From NCBI GenBank assembly GCA_951406725.2, contig OX597819.1:62496001-62560000 (forward strand): a DNA stretch of 64,000 bases, given 5' to 3'. The translations under genes and the position numbers were made by a program. Shown here one piece after another: positions 13,628-29,239 of this stretch (position 1 is the first letter of the stretch; every line of letters begins with the position of its first letter). The notes beneath the pieces were generated by a model. That model was given only the letters and a program-made list of their open reading frames with translations, did no database searches and was not told the origin of the DNA. Source of the DNA: Octopus vulgaris. Taxonomy: Eukaryota.

Positions 13628-16505
13628 AGTAATAGGAGGGGATGCAAATGCCTCAAAGTCCTGCTCAGACGTTTCCAACTGTCTGACAGGTACCGACTGG
13701 ACCACCCGAATGTGCCAATGTGGACATGGAGCAACTGCATCGGGTACTCCAGATCGTACTTAGATAGAGTATTCTGTAGGACAGTAGTTAAGGATAGTGT
13801 AAGTTGTCCGCAATTCCATATAGTCAGCTACACAGACCACAAATTTGTAACTTGTACACTTGACTTAGATAACACACATAGGCAGGTTCCTTGTTACTGG
13901 AAGCTGAACGCATCGTTCACGGCACGCTAGGCTTACAGCGACCGAATTAGCACATTAGTTAAGAGAGCTTTGACGGGTGCCATCATCAACAGCAGATGGT
14001 GGTATGCCCTAAAGAAAGCAATTAAAGCAGAATCGGTTAGGTACAGCACGACCCTAGCATTAGACCGAAATAGAATAGAGGGCGATCTATAACTCTACTA
14101 GTTAAGAAATTAGAAGAGGCACTTAGAACCGGCATCGCGTCCAACGTCCCGACCCTACCATCACCAACCTGCAACGAGGTTGGCCCTCGACCAACACTTC
14201 AACCCAAACACAAGGATGTATTGTCAGAGCTAGGAAGCGTGTCCTGAGGAACGAAGGAGTTGGAGCTGCCCGAGAGGCCCGAGTGGCGGAGGCACAACGA
14301 GGCAACAGAGCCACCATAGGTTACTTACAGATGAACAGGGGCGCGAATTACTCGAGCCTGAAAGGCTGTGTGAGACCTTTCAACCACACTTTGTCCGAAT
14401 GTTTGGGACAACTGGTGGGTCAGAACGCAGAGTGGACTTTAGTAGCTACCTGCATTGCCTGCCACGACTCTCAGCAAGAGAGGCGGAGTGTTATGAAAGA
14501 CCCATCACAGCCGTGAACGTACGGGACACGATGGCAGGCTACGCGAGAGACAAGTCACCAGGCTTGGACAGTCTGCCCAACTTGTTTGAAGGCGTCTTGT
14601 CAGCTGTCTACTGCAACTGGCAGCAAAACGGGAGTATCCCCATCTTTGTAAAGCGAGGAGCAGTGGCACTGCTAAAGAAAGATACAAATAAGGGGGACTT
14701 CGTAGATAACTTCAAGCCCATCACTCTGCTTAACACAGATTTGAAAATTTTGGCCAAGGTGTTAACCGAGAGGTTGGCGCTTATCATTGAGAAACTAGTC
14801 GACCAGGCGCAAACGTGCGCCGTGCAGGTTAGGAGTATCCATGACAACCTCCATCTGATGCACTACATCATAGATAGGGTAGTTAAGGAATCTGGCATGG
14901 GTGGGGCGCTGATCAATTTGGATCAATTAAAAGCTTTCGATAGGGTAGACCATCCCTACTTGGAGGCTGTCCTTAGAGCGGCTGGTTTCGGTCCCATCTT
15001 CCGCGGTTGGATCGTTGCCTTATACAGTGGCATCCGCTCGGTAGTTCGCGTAAATGGTCGTCTATCCAGACCATTTAACATCATGCGTTCGAGGAGCATC
15101 CAACGAGAAGTGGGATGCGGGAGGAGCGTGTCTGCATATGCGGATGACGTCACTGTCATAATGTCGAGCCACAAACACATCGACCTAGTCCGCGAAACAC
15201 TAAAAGAATACGAAGCGGTAACGGGAGCAAAAATAAACCGGGAAAAGTTAGTGGGCTTGCGGCTCGATACCTGGAGAAGCATCCCATGCCGTCCAACAGC
15301 GTATCCGCCGTGGGACGCTGGACCGACGGACCGGTTAAATTGCTCAGAGTCTGGTTCGGTCCGGACCTCCAAATGGAGAAGAACTGGGGCGAAATAACGA
15401 CTAGGGTGGCCACTCACTCAGAAATGGGCTGAGAGGAAGCTATCCCTAAAATGTCGGGCGGAGGTGGCGAACGCGTACATCGCATCCGTCATCGAGTACC
15501 GTCTGACCGTCGTGCCTTGACCCGACCCTACCATCACCAACCTGGAATGCATACTCTTCTGCTTCTTGTCGAAGGTAAGCGTTCCGATGGTTAGGCGATC
15601 CATTTGCTGTCAACACCCGCTAAATGGAGGGATAGGCATGCCGTGGTTGATGATACGCAGACATGCGCCGAGACTGCGATATCTCCGGCGCTTCAGAGAC
15701 GACGGTGAACAGGTATGGTCGCTGTTTGTGCGGCGCGCTTTCCCGCAGCTCGTCTCCTAAGCCGAACTGCAGTCCTGGATCAAACAGAGACTGAGGTTAG
15801 GCGAATGGCAATGCGAGTGTCGCGTTGCTCTCGAGCAACTCTGCCGTTCGGGACCAAACTTGTGCGACTTCATTACAAGAAAGGTGTTCTATAGAGGATT
15901 AGTGGAGTGGAGGTGCGACGACGTTCTCGGGCAGAATCTGGGCGTCGATGAGGAAAACCTGACCCGCCTGTTCAGGACAACTTTCGAGCCGGGACGTGTG
16001 GTCAATAACCAAAGATCCCTGGCCTGGCAGTGCTATCGAGAAGCATTACCTGTTCGGAATAAGCTCTACTGGCACGGTTCGAGACACACCGGACCGATTT
16101 GCCCGAGAGGCGGTCAGAGCGACGAAACCTTTCTGCATGAACTCGTGCAGTGTCCAACCATTTCGAACCTGTGGCTTATGCCGAACGAATGCTGCCACGT
16201 GTGGGACGAGTCTGCCTGTCGGCCGAGTCTCTCATACCAATTGCTCCGCTACCTTCCTTCAACCGGGAATTCATCGTACTGGTGGCCATGGTGAAAAAAT
16301 GTGTATGGTGGATTCGAGCGAAAAGATTAGAGACAAGCACCTCACTGGCCAATCGCTCATCAACTTTTTCAAGTACCACTTGGAATGGAAGGTGAGAATG
16401 GAGAGGCAGGTTTTGTCTCGTGAAAGTTTCCAAAAAAGGTGGGTGAATGTAGCAAAGATGGTGCGTGCGAGTGACGAAACCACTTTGAGCATGAACCTGT
16501 AAATC

Positions 16506-16585
<80 letters not shown>

Positions 16586-16857
16586 ACTTTGCTCTCATAT
16601 GTTTATTTCCTCCCTGCCTGAGGTTACCGTGGTCTTTTCCGTAGGCTTTTCTTTCCACGCATGAACCTAATCTCGTTTTTTTGTTTGTTTGTTTCTTACT
16701 TTTTTAAAAAAAGAAATTTCTTTCTGTGATAGACGATCCCTTTTGATCGCCTTTTTTTCCGATCCCTTTTGATTGGAATTTTACATTTGTTTCCTATTTT
16801 TCCCTACATTTGTATTTGTGCCCTCTGTGTTCAGCCTTGTGTGGCCAATAAGGGAAG

Positions 16858-16858
<1 letters not shown>
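13627..16858 (+). mobile_element. 5'-truncated, decayed Tx1/L1-clade LINE flanked by (TATC)n
   Basis: End of APE domain (DHK…YWKLN); RT motifs KSPGLD, FKPITLLNTDLKILAK, LDQLKAFDRVDH, YADD; C-terminal CPR…ET..H…C knuckle. Multiple stops and frameshifts. Confidence 0.9.
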
Positions 16859-16947
<89 letters not shown>

Positions 16948-17696
16948 CTATACATGCATACATACATAATACATGTATACATACACACACATATAAAACC
17001 ATCTTATTTGTAAATATGTTTACGTCTGGCACTTTTTAAAAATACAAACGAATGTTGATATTTACCTCATACATACATGCACACGCACACACATATTTAT
17101 ATACATATGCGTATACACACATACACATGCATATACACATACATAACACAGATATCAACATTAGATTGTATTTTAAATGTTGGCGGAGATAAAAAGAAAC
17201 TGAATGAATAAATAAAGATTCTCTAAATAAATAACAGCAAAAATAAACAAAACCATAAAACAAAAATATAACACTGAACACAAAATAATTTAACGAACAT
17301 AAATACAGAAAATGTGCAAAAAAATATCTCAAACTATAATGGCGGATTCTCATATTTTTAAAATATTGAATAATTTCGTGTATATTTTTTGTACAATTAT
17401 TCTTTTTATTTAAATTGATTATGTTTTGTAATTCATTCAACGTGTTGTTTTTTTGTTGTTGTAGAACAGTTTTGCATTCTGAATCTGTTGTGATTTGTTT
17501 TAATATGAAAACCAACAAGAATAGAATCACATACGCACAGAGTACATGTACACACGAAAAACACATACGCACATAAAAACAGATGCTTATATAGACAGAC
17601 ACATTTCACACAACAAAAAAAAAATATATGTATATATATATATATACATATATAGTACATATGTATATGTGTACGTATACGTATTTATGTTTATGC

Positions 17697-17730
<34 letters not shown>

Positions 17731-17830
17731 GTGTGTGCGTGTGTGTGTGTGTGTATGTATATGTATATGTCTATATGCATATATATATATAAGTATATAT
17801 ATTTATATACACACACACATATATATATAC

Positions 17831-17927
<97 letters not shown>

Positions 17928-18079
17928 CATATATATGTGTATCTCTCTCTCTCTTTCTCTCTCTCTCTATATATATATATATGTATATATATAGATATAT
18001 ATATACATATGCACACAAGGAATTCATTTTTCCTGCAATTAACGTTTTTCTCATTGTAATTTTTTACTTCATTTTTTTC

Positions 18080-18110
<31 letters not shown>

Positions 18111-18353
18111 ATACCTACAGGTTCACTCTCACGCACACAAACTCACAGTTGTATACACCCGCAAAGACATACGCACAAACGTATAATCAAACACACACCT
18201 ATGCATGTATACGAAAAAGCACAAATACATGCACACTCACACGCGTATTCTGTTACGTAATTAAAAAACGCATTCGTGTACTTATTGAACAGCTTGTTTT
18301 ACACACACACACATAAGCACATGGGTACACAAATATACGTGCACACATATATA

Positions 18354-18573
18354 TTTCTTTACTACCCACAAGGGGCTAAACATAGAAGGGAAAAACAAGG
18401 GGATTAAGCCGATTACATCGACCCCAGTGCGTAACTGGTGCTTTATTTATCGACCCCGAAAGGATGAAAGGCAAAGTCGACCTCGGCGGAATTTGAACTC
18501 AGAACGTAACGGCAGACGAAATACCGCAAAGCATTTCGCCCGGCGTGCTAACGTTTCTGCCAGCTCGCCGCCT
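18354..18573 (-). mobile_element. tRNA-derived SINE family B
   Basis: Minus strand reads ggcggcgagctggcagaaacgttagc…gagttcaaattcc…gtcgactttgcctttcatcctttcggggtcgataaa. About 10 related copies in the window. Confidence 0.85.
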
Positions 18574-19093
18574 TATACCAGCTCGCCGCCTTATATGCAC
18601 ACATATACGCACACATATACATATACGCACACATATACGCACGCATACAATAATACACATGCACACACATTCATACACTCACGTATTCTCCTTTTTGCCA
18701 ATAGTGAGTGTCCTGAAGTTGACACGTGCACGCGTACACATACGTACAACATACAGAAATATGCATACGTACATTTACACATACACACACACATAAAACC
18801 ATATATGCATGCGTGCTTACATGCATGCATACATGCATGATACATGTACATATATACATACTTATGTAGATACATACATACACATATACATACATACATA
18901 ACACATGTACGTGTATACATACAAACGTACATACATACATAATACATACACACATACATACATACACACATACATACACACATAATACACGTACTTCAGT
19001 ACATACATACGCACGTAAATATATTCACACAAGCATACATTTATATGTACATACACGTGTACATACATACATTTATACACACGAACACACACA

Positions 19094-19151
<58 letters not shown>

Positions 19152-19317
19152 ATTGATGTTGAAATTCCAATGAAGGAGCCTTGGACCTAGGTTGAAACCG
19201 GCTGTTTCTCTATTGACAAGAAATCTTGAAATAAAACTGAATAATGACAAATATACATACATACATACATACATACATACATACATACATACATACATAC
19301 ATACATGTATCCCAAAA

Positions 19318-19950
19318 TGTCGGGTTCAGTCCCACTGCGTGGCACCTTGGACAAGTATCTTCTACTATAGCCTTGGGCCGAACAAAGCCTTGTGAGTAGA
19401 TTCGATAGACGGAAACTGAAAGAAGCCCGTGATATATATATAACGGGAAGCTTTATGAAAATAAACAAAAGACGAAGGCAGGTGGAATACAAACAAACAA
19501 TTGTATTAGTATGGCGCTCAGGAATATAAATAAAACAAGTCTTTTACGTTTCGAGCCTACGCTCTTCAACAGAAAGATACACAGAAAAGAAACACAGAAA
19601 GAAACAAGGAGAGAAAAAAATTGCGTGCAGAGGCTAGCGAATCAACATGGCGATCTGATTTCGGCTAGAAGTTAAAGATCAAACGTGGGACGCAAGAGCG
19701 AAATTAGGGGAGATAATAGGGTTAAATGACCTCGCCCCAACATATGTTTATGTGTGTGTGTCTGTGTTTGTCCCCCGCCATCGCCTGACAACCGATGTTG
19801 GTGTGTTTACATCCCCGAAAATAGCGGTTCGACAAAAGACACCGATAGAATAAGTACCAGGCTTACAAAGATTAAATCTTGGAGTCGATTTGTTCGACTA
19901 AAGGCAGCCCTAGTATAGCCGCAGTCAAATGACTGAAACAGGTAAAAGAA
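19318..19950 (+). mobile_element. SINE family A split at its TA tract by a ~300-bp insert
   Basis: 5' half ends gaagcccgtgatata (~19440); 3' half resumes ~19741. Confidence 0.85.
19541..19576 (-). ncRNA. Minimal hammerhead-like motif, core variant CUGUUGA
   Basis: CTTT-CTGTTGA-A-GAGC-GTAG-GCTC-GAAAC-GTA-AAAG, inside the 19443-19740 insert. Sister copy at 61463-61498. Confidence 0.55.
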
Positions 19951-20619
19951 TACATACATACAAATACATGTACATACATCTACATGTATATGCAGGTATA
20001 TGCACATATGCTTACATACATATGCTTATATATACTTACATACATACATATGATTACATATGCACGTATATACACATGACAATACACACGTGCATACATG
20101 TATCTATACATAAAGACATATACAAACATACATACATACACACATACATGTGCACATACAGAAATACACACACTTTCATGCATAGGTTGGGAACCGCTGC
20201 TATAAACAAATTATTTATTCAGATTGATCAGCAAGACATTGCAGAACCGTCATTCTCGGACTATAAGAGGCTACCATCATCCTTTATACACCAGCATGCA
20301 CACACATCCACGCACACTCACACACTCTCATACTACACACCTTCTCTTTTAAAGAACCGTGCCCAAACACTTACATAGATACACGTGTGTATGTATTCAT
20401 AAGTCCTTAGTTTTTAAACTATTAAAATCCTACAGTTGAACTCGAATCAAGTATTTCATACTATTTGGTCCCTAGAACGCAATGTGAAAGTTGAAGAGCT
20501 TACAATATAAGAGAGCTTATAAGTCTCATTCGTACAAGCATCATTGCGTTTTGGCTTCGTTACCTGAAAAAGGCTGTGCTCATGCCCTTTTCTATGATTT
20601 CGAAATTCGATGAAAAGAA

Positions 20620-21022
<403 letters not shown>

Positions 21023-21906
21023 TGGATGTTATTCCCCAATTGAAGTTTAGGTTTAAATGCTAGAAACAGAACAGGCCCCGCTAAATGCATCCCTCAGTTA
21101 ACCAGGAAGTGGTATGAAATAGGTCAACAGAGGAATTCTATCACTAACAAGCAAGATTGGTCTATGTGGATAACTTCACTGTAGGCTCTTTATCCAAAAT
21201 TTTACTCACAAGCCATTGTCCATCTCACCAAAGGTAACGTTCGTCAGGTCCGAACTTGATAACAAAGAATTGCGAAGCAATCCGTCTGAGGCCACCTTTC
21301 CGTTTTAATCCCTCGGGATCGATAAAAAAGCACCAATGGTCATTAATGGATTGGTGGAATTGTGACAACGTCGAACTCAATGTGTTTTTATTTCAGATGG
21401 TTGGGTGCCATTGAGGCAAATTTGGCTGTTATTTCTAGCAAGACGAGTGAATTTGTGGATGTTTATTGAATTGGTATTGATAAGAGTGTTGTTAATGTTC
21501 AGCCTCTGGTGATCTCTGAAGGAACATGCCTATGATCAAGATTGCTCCAGCTGAGCCCTTCGCTTTTTTCTCGAAGTATATCATGCAATGCAGCCTGAGT
21601 GTGATTTAAAGGCAGTTTAACTGGATTACTAGAAGATCGAGCAACGGCACACAGACGGCTTCAATGCCTCATGTTTTTGATGGTGATGGTATAACCGAAT
21701 TGGTGTTGTTCTTATTATCTAATCCCGGTTGCATCCTAGACGAAGAAACATGATAAAATGCGTTTCATCTGTAAAGTGTGATTTAAGCTGCTATTTCTAA
21801 AAGATCAACGGCTATGTTTACTGTCTATCGTTACCTGAGAATTATCGGAATGGCTATATTCGGTGTGGCTCGACAAACTAAATTGTATCTTAGATTTCAG
21901 GCTGAC

Positions 21907-23103
21907 TATGAAGGAGTGATGCTAGAGCTATGAAATTTTGCATGCATTAATTTCAACTCTTATTACTATCTGCATTGTATCTTTGCAGGTAAATTGACAT
22001 CTGACGGTTCAAAAAAGACTTCAAAAGTAACTAGCTGCGATTTCTCTTCAAAATGGGCAAAATTTGGTATCGTGGCGTTACGAAGTACTTGCAGAAAAGG
22101 ATTTAGCCAATAAGCATATTCATACTGACATGGTTGCTACATTAAGGGACGATACCCCAGCTTTATTAACAGTGCAAAAGTGGGAAGCTGAATTTTGGAG
22201 AGGAACAAAGAGTCTTGAAGATTTTGAAAGTCTTGCAAATACCACCACCGAGGAAAATATTGATCGTGTTCACCGCATGTTGATAGATGACTAGCGATTA
22301 GCTATAAATCAAACAGGTAACGTTATTAGCATATCCCAAAAGAGAAAAGTGAATATTCTGAACAATGAACTTGGCATGATGAAGGTTTCTGCTCGATGGG
22401 TACCACGTCTTCTGCCTCCTGATCAAAAGCGTGCCATTTGATCACATCATGGGAAAATCTGACATTGCTTGAGACAGATCCAGCCGGTTTTATCGAACAT
22501 CTCCTAATCAAGGATGTTTGTTCGGGTTATCACTTTGAGTCAAAGACTAAGAGACAATCCTCGCGGTGGAAATTGCCCTCCATGCTCCAGAGAAAGCCAA
22601 GGTCGTTTTATGTGCAGGGAAATTGATGGTCCCAATTTTGGGTAATGCAAAAGACATTGTGTTTATTGACTATTTTTAAAAGGGTCACACTGAAAATGGA
22701 GAACACTATGCCAACTTGCTGAGGCAGTTACGAAAGGTTCCTTGTTTCATTAGGACACTGCTCCAGCACACAAGCCCTTGGTTTTAATGGCTGCTATGCT
22801 TGACAGTGGCTTTGAATTCGTTGATCACTCTCCCTTTTCTACTGATTTGACCCCATCTGACTATTATCTGTTCTTCAGCATGAAAAAAAAAACACTTTGT
22901 GTCGCCGTGATGATGACGTTATATCCGCTGTTGATAACTTTTTTGATTAACAGGATGAAAGATTTTTCACCAATGAGATCCAAGCACTTCAACACCAATG
23001 CAAGACGTGTGTAGACTATGGGACTATGTTAAAAAATAAACCTCATTTCATCACATTCCATGAGAGCATCTTGGTCCGCCTATGAACTTTTCAGTCGGCT
23101 CCG
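21907..23103 (+). mobile_element. Highly decayed mariner transposon
   Basis: Fragments VQKWEAEF, (A)RWVPRLL and HSPFSTDLTPSDYYLF; TIRs are degenerate. Confidence 0.8.
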
Positions 23104-23482
23104 AAACTTAAACTCTTCACCTTGAAAGTCGCCATATAAAGCACAGAAACTCAGAGACTTGTAGGATAACAATAGGAAACTGTGGCGCTTATTCGGATTA
23201 TAAAAAATGTTTACAATGTATGAGTTGTGGAAGTCTATAATGGCTCCTACTGAGAATGGAAAGCGATTTGTGGAATGAAGCTTGTCTGTCGTTTCAATGA
23301 AAAGTTCTTATAGTGTTACAGTCGAAGCGGATGCCAGAAATTGATAAAAAAGAAAACGTATTTTAGTCGATAAATAGATAGATGCAGAGATCAATACCAA
23401 CTTACAGGGACAGATAAACATACAGATAAATAAACACATAAACTGACAGATTTATGACTACAGCGATAAATACATAACGCGT

Positions 23483-23553
<71 letters not shown>

Positions 23554-24707
23554 AGGCAAAAAGGGAAAAGTGAAGAATAATCAAAGAAGGGGAAAAGCAA
23601 TATTAAGGATCGAAAGAGACATAGCGAAAAATATTACACCATGATTACATACATGCACAGATTAATATCTATGCATATATACGTTTATTTTTACTCGTCT
23701 TTGTGCGTATATATGCGCGCCTACGCACGCACATACACTCACACACATATCTATTTGCACACACACACACACACGCATATTTACACATTCGCATCTCTAT
23801 ATTTGGATGTATAGATGTAAATATTCGTATATATTTTCCTTTCCTTTACTATAATATGTATGCAACTATATACATAGATGTATAAATATATACATTCATA
23901 TGCGAGCACACACACATAGGGAAAGAGAGTAGGAGAAAAACAATGAAAAATATATACATTATATGGACAGAACTATATAAAAGACAAAAAAAGGGGGAGA
24001 AATGAAGACAGAGATAGCCAGAGAGACGGATACGAAACAATGTATGCTTGCAATTAGAAGCTTAAAATTATCGTCTGCTCGTCAAATACTGTAACCTAGG
24101 CAACAATGAATGGGATGGTAGCAGAAATGTTGTCGCCAATCTTATACAATTGTATGACTGTCTACTTAGCTTGATTATTGGCGATAGCTGTGGTGGTGGT
24201 TGTGATGGTTGTGGTGGCTGTGATGGTGATGTTTACGATTGTAATAGTGGATGGTGTCGTTGTATTTTTTTTCATGGTTGTAGTGCTGGTTGTGGTGGTG
24301 GTGTTGATGAAATGGCTGGTGTTGAGATGGCATACAAAACGATGAAGGATAATAGAGGGACAAAGGTGAGGTCATACAGGCATGGAAGGAAATACGTTAA
24401 TTATGGCTGCCGGTATGAGATTCAGAATTAGCAACGTCGACCCCCCCCCCGTTTCTCCTATATTTTTTCTCTCTGTAACTTAAGACTAAAATCTGTAAAT
24501 GTATACAGAAGTGTATAGGACAAAGAAAACAATTCAAATACAACTGAGAAAACAAACAAAATAAAAGAAAAACGCTAAAAGAAACTTAAATATATTTGTA
24601 CTGAACGTACATACGCATAAATACTTGTGTGTATGTATGTATGTATGTATGTATGTATGTATGTATGTATGTATGTATGTATGTATGTATGTATGTATGT
24701 ATGTATG

Positions 24708-24929
<222 letters not shown>

Positions 24930-25057
24930 AGCACACACACACATATACGTACAGTCATATGCACATACACTTACGCATATGAATACATAATTCTGTGAGA
25001 ATCGGCCAAAAAATTGCAGCAAGATTCTAGAGACTTCTCAGTCGTATTTACACGCCA

Positions 25058-25140
<83 letters not shown>

Positions 25141-25284
25141 GAGTTACCCGGCGACGCCCGGATGTCGAAGAAGGAGAAACATCTTTTGTTAAACTTTGAG
25201 TTCTTAGGTAACGAGTTTTGTGAATAAATATTTGCATAGATTGTTTGTTTTAATGCGGGTTTATATCTAAAATTGTATATTTTG

Positions 25285-25630
25285 GTGCAGGAGTGGCTGT
25301 GTGTTAAGACGTTTTGTTCTCGACCACATGGTTCCGGGTTCAGTCCCACACTGTGGTACTTTCAACACTATAGCCTCTAACAAATCGAATATTTGTGACC
25401 GGATTTGGTAGACGGAAACTGAAAGAAACCTGTCGTATAAATACAAGTGTGTGTGTGTGTGTGTGTTTGAACCCACCACCGCTTGATAACGTCACCGTAA
25501 TCCAGTGGTTCGGCGAAAGGGGCCGAGAGAATATGTGCTGGGCTTAAAAAAGGTACTCGGGTCGATTCATTTGACTAAAATCCCCTAACATTGCATCAAT
25601 CTAATGACTGAGACATGTAAAAGATATAAA
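25285..25630 (+). mobile_element. SINE family A
   Basis: gcaggagtggctgtgtg…ggatttggtagacggaaactgaaag…. Confidence 0.8.
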
Positions 25631-26373
25631 AACGAAATTTCCAACTTTCAATGAATTATGAAACTTCTGGGGCTACGTTTATTCATTAAGTTCCATTTTG
25701 AGACATAAAACTATCTTAATGATTTTTCTTTATATTAGTTTCTTGTAACCCTAAATTGATTACCACAAATAAAGCAGAAACAATTCTGACAAAACTGCAT
25801 ATTTCGAACAGTAACATCTAGACTTTTAGTTTACATTATGTTCTCATAATGGACATAAAGATACTAGGTCCAGTGTAGCATAGATCTGACCATGTGAGGA
25901 ATATGAACGTTTCTCTTTAAATTCTACAACTTCGAATGGTTGTCCCTGATATTTGTCACGGTCATTATCCGCAGTCATTCGTCGCCACTATAAATTTGGC
26001 ATGATTTGATAAGCTTTCTATAAACTATTAAATTTTCTACTTGAGTTTGTCTTTTAATATAATCAATTCCTTTTCACTTCACGTTCTTTATGTGTAGTAT
26101 CAGTTTAGGTCTTTTCTGATCTCTTTTCGTCTTGCATAGCTGGGAATAAAGATGTTTGGAGAATCTGCTGTTTGCAGTCATAAACACAGATAATAGCAGG
26201 TTTTATCGTTTGGGGCATAAGAAATTGGACAGTTAGTTTCTTTAGTAATAGAGCTTTCTGCATCTAAATTTTGTAGTAGCAAAATGAGAGCTCTAACATG
26301 TCATTGTAGATTGTGATCCGGATATACAGTGAGCTGAAGAGTAATGAGAAACTTTTCTAGATTCTTTACATCA

Positions 26374-26580
26374 TTAGCAGAAACGTTAGCAAGCCGGGCG
26401 AAATGCTCAGCGGTATTTCGTCTGTCTTTATGTTCTGAGTTCAAATTCCGCCGAGGTCGATTTTGCCTTTCAACCTTTCAGTGTCGATAAATTAAGTGCC
26501 AGTTGCGTACTGGGTTCGATCTAATCGACTGCCCCCCTCCCCTAAAATTTCGGGCCTTGGGCCTAGAGTAGAAAGGATTA
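26374..26580 (+). mobile_element. SINE family B
   Basis: gcagaaacgttagc…gagttcaaattccgccgaggtcga…. Confidence 0.8.
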
Positions 26581-27591
26581 GCGTTACTACAATCTCAACT
26601 AACTTGCAATATGTGGATTAATTTAGCAACTGTTGAAGGATATGAACACCGTGTTTCTGTGTGTAGTAGGTCCGACTGAAGAGGCAGACATCTCCAGCGT
26701 CTTGCTGCAAGAATGTCAATTTTGGGAGCTGAGATTTCACGTTCGAAAACTCCCTCGGTGATTCTATAACTCTGTGGGAGGCTGGGATAAACTTCCAAGA
26801 GAATGTCTTGAGGGGTATGGTTGACGGTGTGGTACAATTCTTTTGCATTCTGGCATATTTACCAACGTTTCATGTGCATGCGCATACGCAGGCCTTCACA
26901 TACATATACTAACACACGCATGCGCGTATACTTGTACAATGATGACGTATAAACAAATATAGATACATACAGAAACACACACACACATACACACATCCAA
27001 ACACCCAAACTCAATATACAATCTAATACGAACACAACACACAAACGCGTACATATAGAGAAACATTCTAATATATAGACATTTTGAGAAACACATACAC
27101 GTATTACATGACATACAAGCACAGACACGACTATATACCTAACCTTTTGTAACCCGCCATTGTTAGCGCTGCCAAAACAGTGCATTCGTGCTAAACATCT
27201 CGTTAAGGTCTTTCGTCAAATGGCTTATGTAAATATTAAACATGTCACCCAGTTGTGACATGCTCGTGATACAAAATCTATAGAGTACAAAGGTTATTTA
27301 TTCTTGCTGACAGCTCCCCTTCGATTCCTTTATTACGAGGTTTCGTACAAGCGTGCATGCAGACACACACACACACACACGCGCATGCACATCTTAGAGA
27401 AACACATACATCTGTATACGCATGCAGCCATGCATAGATACTGTATACACACTATACATAAAGGTGTAATTAATAGTAATAATTAATTCTAGAAATAATT
27501 AACTACGCATGGGTCATTTCCCTGATTATATGCTTCAGACGAAAATGATAAAATTAATCGAAACGTGTTACTACAAACAAGTTTATGTATG

Positions 27592-27702
<111 letters not shown>

Positions 27703-27823
27703 GCGTGTGTGTCTGTGTGTGTGTATATGTGTATGTATGTATGCATACATTTATACGTGTGGCTGTATGTATATATATATATACACACATACTTATGTAT
27801 GTATATATATATATATATATATC

Positions 27824-28333
<510 letters not shown>

Positions 28334-28341
28334 GTCTCTCT

Positions 28342-28389
<48 letters not shown>

Positions 28390-28593
28390 GCGCACATATA
28401 TGAATACACGCACCGACAGAGACAGACACACAGGGAGTCACACATGCAACCACACACACACACACATACATACTGAGACACATACATACTGAGACACATA
28501 CATGCATATATCTTTACACAATATATGTTTATATACGAATACAAATTAATTGGTACATTTGTTTATGGACACGCGTATATGTGTCTATCTATA

Positions 28594-28765
28594 TACGAAT
28601 ATGTGCTGAAAAGTTCCTGGCTTTAAGGGTATCGCAAAAGGCCTGGTTGTAGGCTCAACCTTCCTAGATGTTTTAATAGGGCTTAGGAAGCTGAACGACC
28701 GCTGCATTAAGTGTGTGAATCTGAAAGGGGAATATGTTGAATTAAATCATAATTAATTGATCCTC

Positions 28766-28768
<3 letters not shown>
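28594..28768. mobile_element. Mariner-derived fragment/MITE
   Basis: TIR-like tacga…gctgaaaagttcctggc followed by a transposase C-terminus-like stretch (RCIKCVNLKGEYVE). Confidence 0.5.
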
Positions 28769-28842
<74 letters not shown>

Positions 28843-28939
28843 AACACACACACACACACACATACTTACTTGGAAATGGATATGTGGCATCCAAATAACT
28901 AATAATATAAATAATATATATATATATATATATATATGC

Positions 28940-29231
28940 ATATCACCACGTGATCACGTGACCGACCAGGCTATCAGATGTTGTTACACATCGCTGGTCA
29001 CAATGCGTTTCGCATTGTTTTATCCTTGAAATAACGCCACCCCGCTGGCTAAGCGAGCAGACTTACAGAACAGTGAGAGAAAGTTGTGGCGAAAGAGTGC
29101 AGCAGGAATCGCCACCACCCCCTGCCGGAACATCGTGAAGCTTTAGGTGTTTTCGCTCAATAAACACTCACAACACCCGGTCTGGGAATTGAAACCGCGA
29201 CCCTACGACCGAGAGTCCGCTGCCCTAACCA
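28940..29231 (-). mobile_element. tRNA-derived SINE family C
   Basis: Minus strand reads ggttagggcagcggactc…ggtttcaattccc…gtttattgagcgaaaacacc. Confidence 0.75.
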
Positions 29232-29239
29232 TATATATA

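Noticed and set aside
17036-19298. Many ORFs rich in YI, CV, HT or MYVC (also ~24.5-25.3, 27.5-28.5, 38.5-41.4 and 48-49.5 kb)
   Set aside because: Translations of stop-free microsatellites.
24150-24431. Cys/Gly-rich small protein
   Set aside because: Degenerate (GGT/TGT)n low complexity with no domain pattern.
26672-26720. CTGAAGA followed by an imperfect hairpin
   Set aside because: GAAA is replaced by GCAA and stems I and III are absent; cannot be supported.
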